Shown here piece by piece: positions 27,891 to 37,589 of a DNA stretch of 64,000 bases. Below the pieces are notes generated by a model. The model was given only the letters and a program-made list of their open reading frames with translations, did not search any database and was not told the origin of the DNA. Within the stretch, counting starts at the first letter, position 1; every line of letters starts with the position of its first letter. Position numbers and translations under genes: made by a program. The stretch lies in NCBI GenBank assembly GCA_027593235.1, contig JAQCIU010000009.1:44239-108238 (forward strand), written 5' to 3'. The stretch comes from Chloroflexota bacterium (GTDB taxonomy: Bacteria; Chloroflexota; Dehalococcoidia; UBA2979).

Positions 27891-29198
27891 GTGAACCGAC
27901 CAAAGAATCGTTGGCTCGCTGCCAGCCTCGGTGCCGTCGGGGCTGTCGCCCTCGTTGGTGCCGCGCTCGCCCAGCAGGGCCCGCCCCCACCCGGAGTGCC
28001 GCTCGCTGCCGGGCTCAGCAACCCGCGCGGCGTCAACCCCGGCGCTGCCGGTAGCGTCCTCGTCGCGGAGGGCGCCGGTGGTCGGCTCCTCAACGTCGCC
28101 GCGGACGGCACCATCACCGAACTGCTGACCGGCCTCCCGGTCGGAACCGTCGAGGTCGCGCCAGGCGAGGTCGAAACCGTCGGTATCTCCTCCGCCATCT
28201 CGGACGGCGGCACCGGCTACTACTACGTCGTCGGCGAATCTCTCGATGCCGGCTTCAGCGCCCTCTACCAGGCGAACGCAGGCGGCACCCCAACCCTCAT
28301 CGCCGATCTCGGCGCTTACGAGTAAGCCAACAACATCGACGGCGACACGCTGTTGACCGGCGATCCGGAGTTGAACTCCAACCCCTACGATCTCGTGCGC
28401 GCCACCAACGGTGACATCCTCGTCACCGACTCCGGCGCAAACGCGGTCCTCCGCGTCAACGCCACCACCAAAGCCATTACCCCGTTCGCCATCTTCCCCG
28501 CGCGGGAGAACCCGCTCTTCGCCGGTGGCAACGGCATCGGTGGCCCCTTCATGGACCAGGTCCCCACCGGGATCACCGTCGGTCCGGACGGCGCCTACTA
28601 CGTCGCCACCCTCACCGGGTTCCCGTTCCCAACCGGTGGCGCCCTTGTCTACCGTCTTGCTGACGGCAACGCTGATGGCGACGCCCTCGATGATGGCGAA
28701 AGCACCATCTTCGTCTCCGGACTCACCACCGCCACGGACCTCGTCTTCGACGGCAACGGCGATCTGCTGATCACCCAGTTCAGCACGAACATGCTGGCCA
28801 GCGCCCCCGGTCGCATCTCTCGCGTCTCGGACGGTCAGACCAGGACCATCGTCCACCTGCTGGTCACGCCGACCAGCCTCACCGTCAGCTCCACCGGCAG
28901 ACTGATCGTCTCCCAGGAGTTCGCCGGCATGGTCTCGGACGTGACTGACGTGTTGCCCGGTGGCTTCGGCGCCACCATCGTTCCGGGCGTCAACCTCTCC
29001 TCGTACGGTGGTGGCCCCGTCGCCCAGATTGCAGCGGAACTCGGTGCCGCCGGCGCCACCTCACTGGTGGTCACCGTGGATGGCTCCTTCGTCATCTACA
29101 TCGTCGGCGCGCCCGGCTTCGTGAACACCGCCTTCACCACGGCGTTCCCGGACGGGCTCCCGGCTGGTGCGGGCGTGCTGGTGATCGTCACCAACTAG
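27891..29198 (+). pseudogene. ScyD/ScyE-like secreted beta-propeller protein interrupted by in-frame TAA (28323-28325)
   Basis: ORFs 27891..28325 and 28353..29198 share a frame; signal peptide, GLSNPRG, ADLGAYE*ANN, SNPY, DSGAN, VPTGITVGPDGAYYV.TLTGFPF. Confidence 0.8.
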
Positions 29199-29213
29199 CC
29201 CCGCGTCGTTCCC

Positions 29214-29258
29214 GACAACCGACGGCCGGCCTCTTCCGAGGCCGGTCGTTTCGTTGTC
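29214..29258. terminator. probable bidirectional terminator between convergent genes
   Basis: ACGGCCGGCCTC-ttcc-GAGGCCGGTCGT followed by TT; outer GACAAC/GTTGTC. Confidence 0.65.
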
Positions 29259-29276
29259 CGCGCCACGCGTTCGGCG

Positions 29277-29894
29277 CTACTTCACCGTCACCAGTCCGGA
29301 CATGTACGGGTGGATCGAACACGTCACGAGGAATTGCCCTGCCCCGCTGAACGTCCGTGACCAGGACTCGCCTTCCAGCAACAGCGGTCCGTTCCAGCTT
29401 CCATCAACCGCGTCCGCATCGTGCGCGATCGGGTCGCGGTTCACCCACGTCACCGTCGTCCCCACCGCGATCTCAAGCGTCTGCGGCTTGTACCCATACC
29501 CCTGGATCACCACCGCCGTCCCCGCGACCGAGGTCGGCGCTACTGTCGGTGCCGCCGTCGCCGTGACCGCGGGCGTCGCCACAACCGTCGGTGCCGTTGT
29601 CGGAGCCACCGTCGCGCTCGCCGTCGGTGTCGCGAGCGAGGTCGCCGTTCCTGTCGGCGTCGCGCTCGCCGTCGGTGTCGCGACCGAGGTCGCTGTTCCC
29701 GTGGCCGTGCCAGTCGCCGTGCCAGTCGTGATCGCCGCGGTCGCGACCGACGAGGCCGTGCCGGCTGCGGTCGCGGTCGCCACCTCGGTGCCGGTCGGCG
29801 CCTCCGTCGGTGTCGCCGGTGCGGTGCCGCCGCAACCAGCGACCGTCGCAACCAGGCCGAACAGGACAATCGGGACGAGTCTGCGGAAGTTCAT
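29277..29894 (-). CDS. cupredoxin (plastocyanin/amicyanin-type) lipoprotein with long Thr/Ala/Pro linker
   Basis: Lipobox VAGC; TVTWVN.D..AH and CSIHPYM type-1 copper ligands. Confidence 0.85.
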   Translation of the reverse strand: MNFRRLVPIVLFGLVATVAGCGGTAPATPTEAPTGTEVATATAAGTASSVATAAITTGTATGTATGTATSVATPTASATPTGTATSLATPTASATVAPTTAPTVVATPAVTATAAPTVAPTSVAGTAVVIQGYGYKPQTLEIAVGTTVTWVNRDPIAHDADAVDGSWNGPLLLEGESWSRTFSGAGQFLVTCSIHPYMSGLVTVK

Positions 29895-30049
29895 GCCGAC
29901 GACGGTATGCGAGCGAAGGCCGTCGTTCGAGCCGGCTGGCCTCGCGGTATCCGCACTGGCAATCAGCGTCGTCGCCACCCGCGTCCTCCCTATACTCCAA
30001 CGCACGCGGCCACCATCGGTCGTGCGTGACCATGAGGGGACCCAGCACC

Positions 30050-30757
30050 ATGACACGAGTCGGACGCGTCGTGAGCTGCTGGCGGTACCCGGTGAAGTCG
30101 ATGGCCGGCGAACGCCTCGAGACCGCACCCGTCACCCTGCAGGGCATCCAGGCCGATCGGATGTACGCCTTCGTCCAGGCCGGCTCGCCAAGCCCCTTCC
30201 CCTGGCTCACCGGCCGCGAGCTCCCCGCGCTCATGCGCCATCAGCCCGTCTGGTCCGCCGCCGAACGCCCGCAACTCAGCGTCCGCACCCCGCAAGGTGC
30301 CGAACACCCCATCGCCAGCGACGACCTCCGCGAGGCCCTGGAGGCCGCCTCCGGCCGCTCCGTCTACCTGCTCCCCAACTACCGCGGCAGCTTCGATGTA
30401 GCCGCCATCACCCTGATGAGCACCGCCACCGTCGCTCACATCGCCAGCGACACCGACACCGACCCGGAGCCGATGCGTTTCCGCATGAACTTCTACGTCG
30501 AGACCGCTGACGGCACCCCATGGGGTGAGGACGCCTGGGTCGGACACACCGTCCGCATCGGCAACGACGTCCGTGTCGCAGTTACCGAACGCGACAAGCG
30601 CTGCGCGATGATCACCCTCGCCCCACACGGCGGCGATCCCCTCACCCGCGTCCTCACCATCGTCGCCGAACAGAACAACGCCACCGCCGGCGTCTACGCC
30701 TCCGTCCTCACGCCGGGTGCCGTCCGCGACGGCGACGACGTCACCCTCGAGGACTAA
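30050..30757 (+). CDS. MOSC domain protein
   Basis: WRYPVKSM.GE, DR, RFRMN, RC.M, GVYA.V..PG.V..GD. Confidence 0.9.
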   Translation: MTRVGRVVSCWRYPVKSMAGERLETAPVTLQGIQADRMYAFVQAGSPSPFPWLTGRELPALMRHQPVWSAAERPQLSVRTPQGAEHPIASDDLREALEAASGRSVYLLPNYRGSFDVAAITLMSTATVAHIASDTDTDPEPMRFRMNFYVETADGTPWGEDAWVGHTVRIGNDVRVAVTERDKRCAMITLAPHGGDPLTRVLTIVAEQNNATAGVYASVLTPGAVRDGDDVTLED

Positions 30758-30796
30758 CGAACCCATCGAGGACGCCGAGACCGACGAGGAACAGCG

Positions 30797-31669
30797 ATGA
30801 CCACTTCCCGCGCCACCCTGCCGGTGCCCGGCTTCGATATCGCCGAATCAGATGTTGCCTACGCCAATCCCGGCGACACGCCACTCCTCGCCCGCATCTA
30901 TCGTCCCACGGAGCCTGCGGCGGACGGCTATCCCGTGGCCGTCGCCGTGCATGGTGGTGCCTGGAACGCCAACGATCGGACAGTCAGCGAACTCGCCAAC
31001 CGCACCCTCGCCAGCTCCGGCATCGTCGTGGTCGCGATCGACTTCCGCCAGGGCCCGGATCACCAGCACCCCAGCGCCAGCAGCGACATCGTCGCCGCCG
31101 TCCGTTGGTCGAAGCTCCACGCAGCCGAGTACGGCGGCAACCCGGAGACCGTTGGGCTGATCGGCAGCTCTTCCGGAGGCCACCTTGCGCTGCTCGCGGC
31201 CATCCGCCCGCACGCCCCGGAACACCAGACAACGCCGGTCCTCGACGGCCAGCCCACCGGGACGGCATCCATCGACGGTACCGTTCGTTATGTCGTCGCG
31301 AACTGGCCGGTCTGCGACCCGCTCTACCGCTACCGCTACGCCGTCCGCATGCAACGCGATCAGCTCATCGCGTCGCACCTCGCGTACTTCGTCGACGAGC
31401 CGACCATGAAGGCCGCCAGCGTCCCGCGGATCCTCGATGACGGCGAAGCGCAGGAGCTGCCACCGCTGCTCCTCGTGCAACCAGGCGAGGATCAGAACGT
31501 GCCGCTGGAGATGACCCAGTACCTGATGCGCGCCTACCAGAAGCGCGGCGGCCACCTGGAGTACGCCTTCTTCCCCGGCGAACACCACGCCTTCACCTAC
31601 GAACCATCGGACGCCACCGCCGACTGTCTCGCCCTCGTCGCTGACTTCGTCCACCGCCGCACCAGCTAG
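30797..31669 (+). CDS. alpha/beta hydrolase (HSL-like esterase)
   Basis: HGGAW, GSSSGGH, D...H. Confidence 0.88.
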   Translation: MTTSRATLPVPGFDIAESDVAYANPGDTPLLARIYRPTEPAADGYPVAVAVHGGAWNANDRTVSELANRTLASSGIVVVAIDFRQGPDHQHPSASSDIVAAVRWSKLHAAEYGGNPETVGLIGSSSGGHLALLAAIRPHAPEHQTTPVLDGQPTGTASIDGTVRYVVANWPVCDPLYRYRYAVRMQRDQLIASHLAYFVDEPTMKAASVPRILDDGEAQELPPLLLVQPGEDQNVPLEMTQYLMRAYQKRGGHLEYAFFPGEHHAFTYEPSDATADCLALVADFVHRRTS

Positions 31670-31692
31670 CGCGGAACACCCCCGGACACAAA

Positions 31693-31719
31693 CAAGCGCC
31701 CGGCTGAGCCGGGCGCTTG
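31693..31719. terminator. stem-loop between convergent genes
   Basis: CAAGCGCCCGGC-tga-GCCGGGCGCTTG, perfect 12-bp stem. Confidence 0.65.
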
Positions 31720-31744
31720 ACCATCATCAGACGCTGCTTGCGCG

Positions 31745-31999
31745 CTAGATTCCGGTCCGCTTCCAGAACAGAACCATCTGCTTCTTGTCTTCCCAGGACG
31801 ATCGCACCTTGATCCCGGACTCCTTGCTCGCTTCCGCGAGCAGGCGCTTCACAGTGGACGGACGATCCGTCCGCTCCAGTACGATCTTCCCGGCCTGACT
31901 ACCCTCGATCGCCTGGCGGAACGCGCGACGCGCTTCTGCGGTCGATCGACCGCGGCCAACCTGCACTTGATCGGGGCTCAACGCTTCGAACTTGGGCAT
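31745..31999 (-). CDS. small basic hypothetical protein (84 aa)
   Basis: RBS AGGGAG; Lys/Arg-rich; followed by a hairpin terminator. Confidence 0.7.
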   Translation of the reverse strand: MPKFEALSPDQVQVGRGRSTAEARRAFRQAIEGSQAGKIVLERTDRPSTVKRLLAEASKESGIKVRSSWEDKKQMVLFWKRTGI

Positions 32000-32131
32000 G
32001 CGGTTACTCCCTGTATTGCCGGGATATCGTATCGCGAATCCACGGCCGCGAAGAATCACTATCTCACGGCACGCTATCTGCCGTCACCCATCGCTCCTCA
32101 GTCGCCAGATCCCGGACCGAGATCCCCCGAC

Positions 32132-32665
32132 CTAGATCCCCAGACCAGGCCGTCCCGCGAGCGTCAGCGCGAGATTGATCATGCCGAAGTGATTATTTCC
32201 GTGGTTGATAATCACCTGCCCGATGATCTCGTACCGAGCCAGGTTCCCGTTCGGCCTGATGTCCATTCGGCCGTCCAGAAACTCGTCGCTGTAGCCGCGA
32301 ATGGTCGGCACCACCGCCGCCGCTACATCACGCGCGTATTTCGCCAGTATCGGAGCCGCCGGGAATCGCAGTGCATACGCCTCTTCGGGCGTCATCCCCG
32401 TCCCCTGGTCTGCCTTCGGCAGCCCCCACGCCTCGTTCAGTCCCTGTTGCAGCCAGACCGGTTGCTCCCGCGCGAACGCGAAGTGCACCAGGTTGTCCGC
32501 CGTCCGCGCGATGTGCCACGCGTCGAAACCGATCGAGTTGCAGGGACCGTCCGGTCGGAAGTGCAGGTCCTCCTCGTTCAGATCCTCAATCGACGCAGCC
32601 GTCCGTTCCAGCAATTCGCCCACGTACTGCGCCAGGTAGTTCTGCAACGTCAACGCCTCGGCCAT
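32132..32665 (-). CDS. DinB family protein
   Basis: NSIGFDAWH.AR..D, H.N.HFG.I. Confidence 0.88.
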   Translation of the reverse strand: MAEALTLQNYLAQYVGELLERTAASIEDLNEEDLHFRPDGPCNSIGFDAWHIARTADNLVHFAFAREQPVWLQQGLNEAWGLPKADQGTGMTPEEAYALRFPAAPILAKYARDVAAAVVPTIRGYSDEFLDGRMDIRPNGNLARYEIIGQVIINHGNNHFGMINLALTLAGRPGLGI

Positions 32666-32903
32666 CCCGCACCCCCATCTAAAACGTCAGAGTGGTCCAG
32701 CCAGTCGGCTCGGTGCACACTCTGTCTGATCCACTGGACCGACGGAGGTTATCCGTTCACTCCGCCGCCGGTTGGCATCCCATTCGGCAAACCGTCGACA
32801 CAGACCGTAGTCGGTATAGAACGCTATAGTCACCCCCGCAGACAAGAAATCCCGCTCCGGGCGGCGTATGGTCGTCCGCGATGTGGCGCACTGGAGGATA
32901 CGA

Positions 32904-33902
32904 ATGGCTCGCAAACTCTCGATCGGCGTGAACTGGGCCGGCAACTTCGACATGGACGGCATCATCGACCAGGCGAAGATCGCCGATGACGCCGGCGTCC
33001 ATATCCTCAACATCGCCGAGGCCTGGGGACCGGACGCCCTCTCGCTGCTTGCCGTCGTGGCGCGCGAGACGAATCAGATTCAACTCGGCACCAGCATCAT
33101 CAACATCTTCTCCCGCACCCCCGGCGCCATGGCGCAACACTTCGCCACCCTCGATCACATCTCCAACGGGCGCATGGTGATCGGGCTCGGCTCCTCCGGC
33201 CCCCAGGTGATCGAGCACTTCCACGGCATCAAGTTCCGCAAGCCCCTCACCCGCATGCGCGAGTACGTCGACATCATCAACATGCTGATGCGTGGCGAGA
33301 AGCTGAACTACAACGGCGAGTTCTTCCAGCTCAGCCGCGGCTTCACCCTCCGCTTCGACACCCTCCGCGATCACATCCCGATCCACATCGCTTCCATCAC
33401 CCCCAAGTCCCTCAAGCAGACCGCCGAAATCGCCGATGGCTGGCTCCCGATCCACCTGCCGCGAGATCAGTGGAAGCCACAGACCGACGCCATGACCGCC
33501 AACATCGAGGCCGCCGGCCGGAAGCGCTCTGACTTCTTCATCCGCAACCCCCAGAGCGTCCACGTCACCGACGACGTCGAGGCCGCCCGCCAGCAGGTCG
33601 CCGGAACCACCGCCTTCTACATCGCCCGCATGGGTGACTTCTATTACGAGCACTTCATCCGCATGGGCTACGCGGACGAGGCCAACGCCGTGCGGCGTGG
33701 CTGGGAAGAGGGCGGCCCCGCCGGCGGTGCTGCGGCGCTCCCGCCGGATCTCGTCGACCAGCTCGGCACCGCTGGCACCGTCGAACAGTGCATCGAATCG
33801 ATGGAAGAGGCTGAAGAGCGCGGCTTCGACTGGCATTCCGTGAGCGTTGACGAACGTGACCCCAAGAAGCGCGCGGCGATCTACCGGCAACTGGTTGGCT
33901 AA
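32904..33902 (+). CDS. LLM class flavin/F420-dependent oxidoreductase
   Basis: RBS GGAGG; AEAWGPD, LGTSI, ATLDHISNGR, LGSSGP, EIADGW. Confidence 0.92.
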   Translation: MARKLSIGVNWAGNFDMDGIIDQAKIADDAGVHILNIAEAWGPDALSLLAVVARETNQIQLGTSIINIFSRTPGAMAQHFATLDHISNGRMVIGLGSSGPQVIEHFHGIKFRKPLTRMREYVDIINMLMRGEKLNYNGEFFQLSRGFTLRFDTLRDHIPIHIASITPKSLKQTAEIADGWLPIHLPRDQWKPQTDAMTANIEAAGRKRSDFFIRNPQSVHVTDDVEAARQQVAGTTAFYIARMGDFYYEHFIRMGYADEANAVRRGWEEGGPAGGAAALPPDLVDQLGTAGTVEQCIESMEEAEERGFDWHSVSVDERDPKKRAAIYRQLVG

Positions 33903-33956
33903 CCACCTCGTTCGTCGGCTCGCCCGCGTCGTCGCATCGCACGAGGTGAATCGCTG

Positions 33957-34556
33957 ATGGCCCGTGAGCCGCTCGAACAGGCCCTGTCGCAGCGCACGTT
34001 ATTGAAGGAAGCGATCGACGCCGGTGTCGGCGTTCGATTCCAAACCCGCTACGAACCGCCGGGACGGACCGCCGACACGTCCCGGCTCTCGCTCCTCGCC
34101 GCCAGCGAGACCGATCCGATCCTCGGCGAGCAGTTCGCCCCATTCCAGCGACGGCTCGTCGGCATGATCGTCGACTTCTTCGCCATCGCTCTGATCTGGT
34201 TTATGGGCTTCGCCGGCATCGCCGTCCTCGTCGTCCCCTTCTACACCATGCTCCCGGAGAACAGCCCCACCTACCTGGCCCCGGTCTTCCAGGCGTTCGT
34301 CATCTCCATCCCCTTCTGGTGCCTCTGGATGTTCAACGCGCAGGGCTGGGCGCCCTCCGGCCGCTTCACCTATCTCCGCGCCGTTGATGAGTTCGGAGCC
34401 GCCCCGGGCATCCGCCGTGGTCTCATCCGCACCATCGCCATGCTCGTCAGCGTCCTGCCGCTGGGTCTCGGATTCTGGGCTGCCGCCTGGCACCGCGAGC
34501 GTCAGACCTGGCACGATCGCCTCGCCGGCACCCGCGTCATCCACCTCCTGCGCTAG
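33957..34556 (+). CDS. RDD family protein
   Basis: RRLVGMIVD, GLIR, LGLGFW, RQTWHDRLAGTRV. Confidence 0.85.
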   Translation: MAREPLEQALSQRTLLKEAIDAGVGVRFQTRYEPPGRTADTSRLSLLAASETDPILGEQFAPFQRRLVGMIVDFFAIALIWFMGFAGIAVLVVPFYTMLPENSPTYLAPVFQAFVISIPFWCLWMFNAQGWAPSGRFTYLRAVDEFGAAPGIRRGLIRTIAMLVSVLPLGLGFWAAAWHRERQTWHDRLAGTRVIHLLR

Positions 34557-34659
34557 ACCCTCTTCACCCCGGGCACTTGAGGCGCGGCCGAAAAGCCGTC
34601 ATCATCAAGGCACACGGAAGTCGCACTGGACGGCGGCCGATCGCGGCAGGGGGAAAAAC

Positions 34660-34959
34660 ATGGCAATCACCGGAACGTGGAACCTCACACTCAAGACCCC
34701 GATGGGGGACCGCCCCGTCACCGTCAAGCTCAACAACGAAGGCAATGACCTCAGCGGCACCTTCGAATCCCCGCAGGGCAGCCAGTCCTTCGAGGGCGGC
34801 ACCGCCAGCGGCGACGAAGCCGCCTGGAGCACCATGTTCAACGGTGCCATGGGCGAGATGAAGCTCGACTTCGTTGGCGCTGTCGAGGGCGACACCATCG
34901 ACGGCACCGTCCAGTTCGGCGCATTCGGCCCCGGCACCTTCAGCGGCACGCGCGCCTGA
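34660..34959 (+). CDS. small beta-rich hypothetical protein
   Basis: Purine-rich RBS; GTWNLTLKTPMG...G.FSGTR; host-like codon usage. Confidence 0.75.
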   Translation: MAITGTWNLTLKTPMGDRPVTVKLNNEGNDLSGTFESPQGSQSFEGGTASGDEAAWSTMFNGAMGEMKLDFVGAVEGDTIDGTVQFGAFGPGTFSGTRA

Positions 34960-35047
34960 GCGACCGCTCGGAACGGGCGCCGCGCCTCCCGCACCCTCGC
35001 TCGGTCGGGTAGGCTGCGGACGCCCGCCAGCCAGCCCAGGAGGCCAC

Positions 35048-36193
35048 GTGACCCCGCAACCGTTCGCAGTCCGCTTCACGGACGACGCGGTCGCCGATCT
35101 GCGCCAGCGCCTCACCGCCACCCGCTGGCCCGCCGAAGTCGAGGGCAGCGGCTGGGATCTCGGCACCAACCTCGCCTACCTCCAGTCGCTCTGCGCTTAC
35201 TGGCGCGACAGCTTCGATTTCGAAGCTGCCGCTGCCACCCTCAACCGCATGCCCCAGTTCACCACCGCGGTGGATAACTACAACATCCACTACGTCCACG
35301 CCGAAGGTCAGGGCCCAGACCCACTCCCGCTCGTCTTCACCCACGGCTGGCCCGGCACCTTCTACGAGGTCCACAAGATCCTCGATCTCCTGACCAACCC
35401 CGCCGCCCACGGCGGCGATCCCGCCGACTCCTTCACCGTCGTCGCGCCCTCCCTCCCCGGCTACGGCTACTCCCAGGTCCCCACCACCACCGGTTGGGGA
35501 CAGGCCCGCACCGCCGCGCTCTGGGACGGCCTCATGCAACAGCTCGGCTACTCGCGTTACGGCGCGCAGGGTGGCGACTGGGGTGCCGTCGTCACCGCCC
35601 ACCTCGGGCACACCTTCCCGCAGCGCGTCGTCGGCTCGCAGATCAACATGCCGTTCCTCGGCCCGATCGGCGATCGCACCCCGAACACCGACGAGGAGCG
35701 CGCCTACCTCCAACGCGCCGGCCAGTGGCAGGCCGCCGAGGCGGCCTACCAGGCAATCCAGCGCACCAAACCGCAAACCCTCGCCTACGGCCTCACCGAC
35801 TCCCCCGCCGGACTCGCCGGCTGGATCACCGAAAAGCTCCGCTCCTGGTCCGACTGCAACGGCGACCTCGAAACCCGCTTCTCGAAAGACGAGACGCTCA
35901 CCAACATCTCCATTTACTGGTTCACCAACACCATCAACTCCAGCACCCGCTACTACTACGAAAGCGGTGCCGACCCGGCCAACCGCCTCACCCACACCAT
36001 CGAGGTCCCCGTCGGTGCCTCCATCTTCCCCGCTGAGATCGGCGGACTGAGCGCCCCCCGTAGCTGGGTCGAACGCGGCTGCGAACAACTCACCCAGTGG
36101 TCCACCCACGACCGCGGCGGCCACTTCGCCGCCATGGAAGAACCGGAACTCCTTGCCCAGGACATCCGCTACTTCTTCCGCCCACTCCGCTAG
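35048..36193 (+). CDS. epoxide hydrolase (EHN family)
   Basis: RBS GGAGG; HGWPG, SLPGYGYS, QGGDWG, GGHFAAME. Confidence 0.93.
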   Translation: MTPQPFAVRFTDDAVADLRQRLTATRWPAEVEGSGWDLGTNLAYLQSLCAYWRDSFDFEAAAATLNRMPQFTTAVDNYNIHYVHAEGQGPDPLPLVFTHGWPGTFYEVHKILDLLTNPAAHGGDPADSFTVVAPSLPGYGYSQVPTTTGWGQARTAALWDGLMQQLGYSRYGAQGGDWGAVVTAHLGHTFPQRVVGSQINMPFLGPIGDRTPNTDEERAYLQRAGQWQAAEAAYQAIQRTKPQTLAYGLTDSPAGLAGWITEKLRSWSDCNGDLETRFSKDETLTNISIYWFTNTINSSTRYYYESGADPANRLTHTIEVPVGASIFPAEIGGLSAPRSWVERGCEQLTQWSTHDRGGHFAAMEEPELLAQDIRYFFRPLR

Positions 36194-36238
36194 CTCCCCC
36201 GGCCAGCAACCCGCCACCCCCAAACCTCCGAGGTACCA

Positions 36239-37558
36239 GTGCCGCCCGACGACCTCCTCTCCGCCTCCGCTACCCGGCTCGCCGGTCTCATTCGCGATCG
36301 CCACGTCTCCTCGATCGAGGTCGTCCAGGCCCACCTCGATCGCATCGCCGCCGTGAATCCCCAGCTCAACGCCGTCGTCCAACTCGCCCCCGACGCCCTC
36401 GCCCGCGCCGCCGTCGCCGATCAGGCCATCTCCCGAGGCGAGCCCGTCGGCCCGCTCCACGGCGTCCCCTTCACCGCCAAGGACTGGCTGGAAACCGAGG
36501 GCCTGATCTGCGCCGCCGGCTTCGAGGAACGCGCCACTTACGTCCCGTCCCGCGACGCCACCGTCGTCGCGCGCATGCGCCGCGCCGGCGCCATCCTCCT
36601 CGGCAAGACCAACGTCGTCACCGGTGCCCCCGTCTACGACCGCCCCAACAACCCGCACGACCCCGCGCGCACCCCCGGCTCCAGCAGCAGCGGCGAGGCC
36701 GCGATCATCGCCGCCGGCGGATCCCCCTTCGGCCTCGGCAGCGACTCCGGCGGCAGCATCCGCTGGCCAGCGCACTGCTCCGGCATCGTCGGACTCAAGC
36801 CCTCCACCGGCCTCGTCCCCAACACCGGCCACTTCCCCCGCATCGGCCACATGAGCGACCCCCGTACCGCGATCGGGCCGCTCACCCGCTCCGCCCACGA
36901 CCTCGCCCCCCTGCCCCAGGTGCTCGCCGGCGCCGATCCCCGCGATCCCGGCGCCTTCCCCGTCGGCATCGGTAACCCCGAGGACGTCGATCTCAGCACC
37001 CTCCGCGTCGCCGTCTTCACCGATCTCCCCGGCGCCCGCCCCACCCCCGAAACCATCGACGCCGTCGCCACCGCAGCCCGCGCCCTCGCGGCCGCCGGCT
37101 GCTCCATCGAGGAAGCAGCACCCCCCCGCCTCGATGAGTCACTCCCGATCACCCGCGCCTACTGGGCCCGCGTCCAGTCCGTTTCCTTCCGCGAATGGAT
37201 CCCCAATCAGCAGGGCACCCTCGACGCCGCCCGCATCGAGGAAGCGCGCTTCGAATGGGAGCGCTTCACCCGCTCCCTCTACACCTTCATGGAGCGCTAC
37301 GACGCCATCCTCTGCCCCGCCGCACAGCGTCCCGCCCCCGTCCACGACGACTGGACGCTCCACGAGTACCTCTACACCCTCCCCTTCAGCCTCACCCGCC
37401 AGCCCGCCGCCGTCGTCCCCTGGGCCACCTCTCCCGAGGGCCTCCCGATCGGCGTCCAGATCGCCGGGCGCACCTGGCGCGACGACGTCGTCATCGCCCT
37501 CGCCGTCGCCCTCGAGGACGCCCGCTCCCCCCTCGCCGTCCCCCAGGTGCCGCGCTAG
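36239..37558 (+). CDS. amidase signature family protein
   Basis: HGVPFTAKD, GKTN, GSSSSG, GSDSGGSIRWPA. Confidence 0.9.
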   Translation: MPPDDLLSASATRLAGLIRDRHVSSIEVVQAHLDRIAAVNPQLNAVVQLAPDALARAAVADQAISRGEPVGPLHGVPFTAKDWLETEGLICAAGFEERATYVPSRDATVVARMRRAGAILLGKTNVVTGAPVYDRPNNPHDPARTPGSSSSGEAAIIAAGGSPFGLGSDSGGSIRWPAHCSGIVGLKPSTGLVPNTGHFPRIGHMSDPRTAIGPLTRSAHDLAPLPQVLAGADPRDPGAFPVGIGNPEDVDLSTLRVAVFTDLPGARPTPETIDAVATAARALAAAGCSIEEAAPPRLDESLPITRAYWARVQSVSFREWIPNQQGTLDAARIEEARFEWERFTRSLYTFMERYDAILCPAAQRPAPVHDDWTLHEYLYTLPFSLTRQPAAVVPWATSPEGLPIGVQIAGRTWRDDVVIALAVALEDARSPLAVPQVPR

Positions 37559-37589
37559 CCGCCCCGACCAGACCTGCGGAGAGCGCCCG

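Noticed and set aside
27891-29198. Scytonemin biosynthesis cluster
   Set aside because: No scyABC or Trp-pathway genes nearby; ScyD/E-like propellers are widespread
29500-29830. DNA repeats in the cupredoxin gene as a separate element
   Set aside because: Explained by the Thr/Ala/Pro linker coding sequence
34030-34775. tRNA T-loop-like strings (GTTCGATTCC near 34032, TTCGAATCCC near 34762)
   Set aside because: Inside coding sequences, with no cloverleaf
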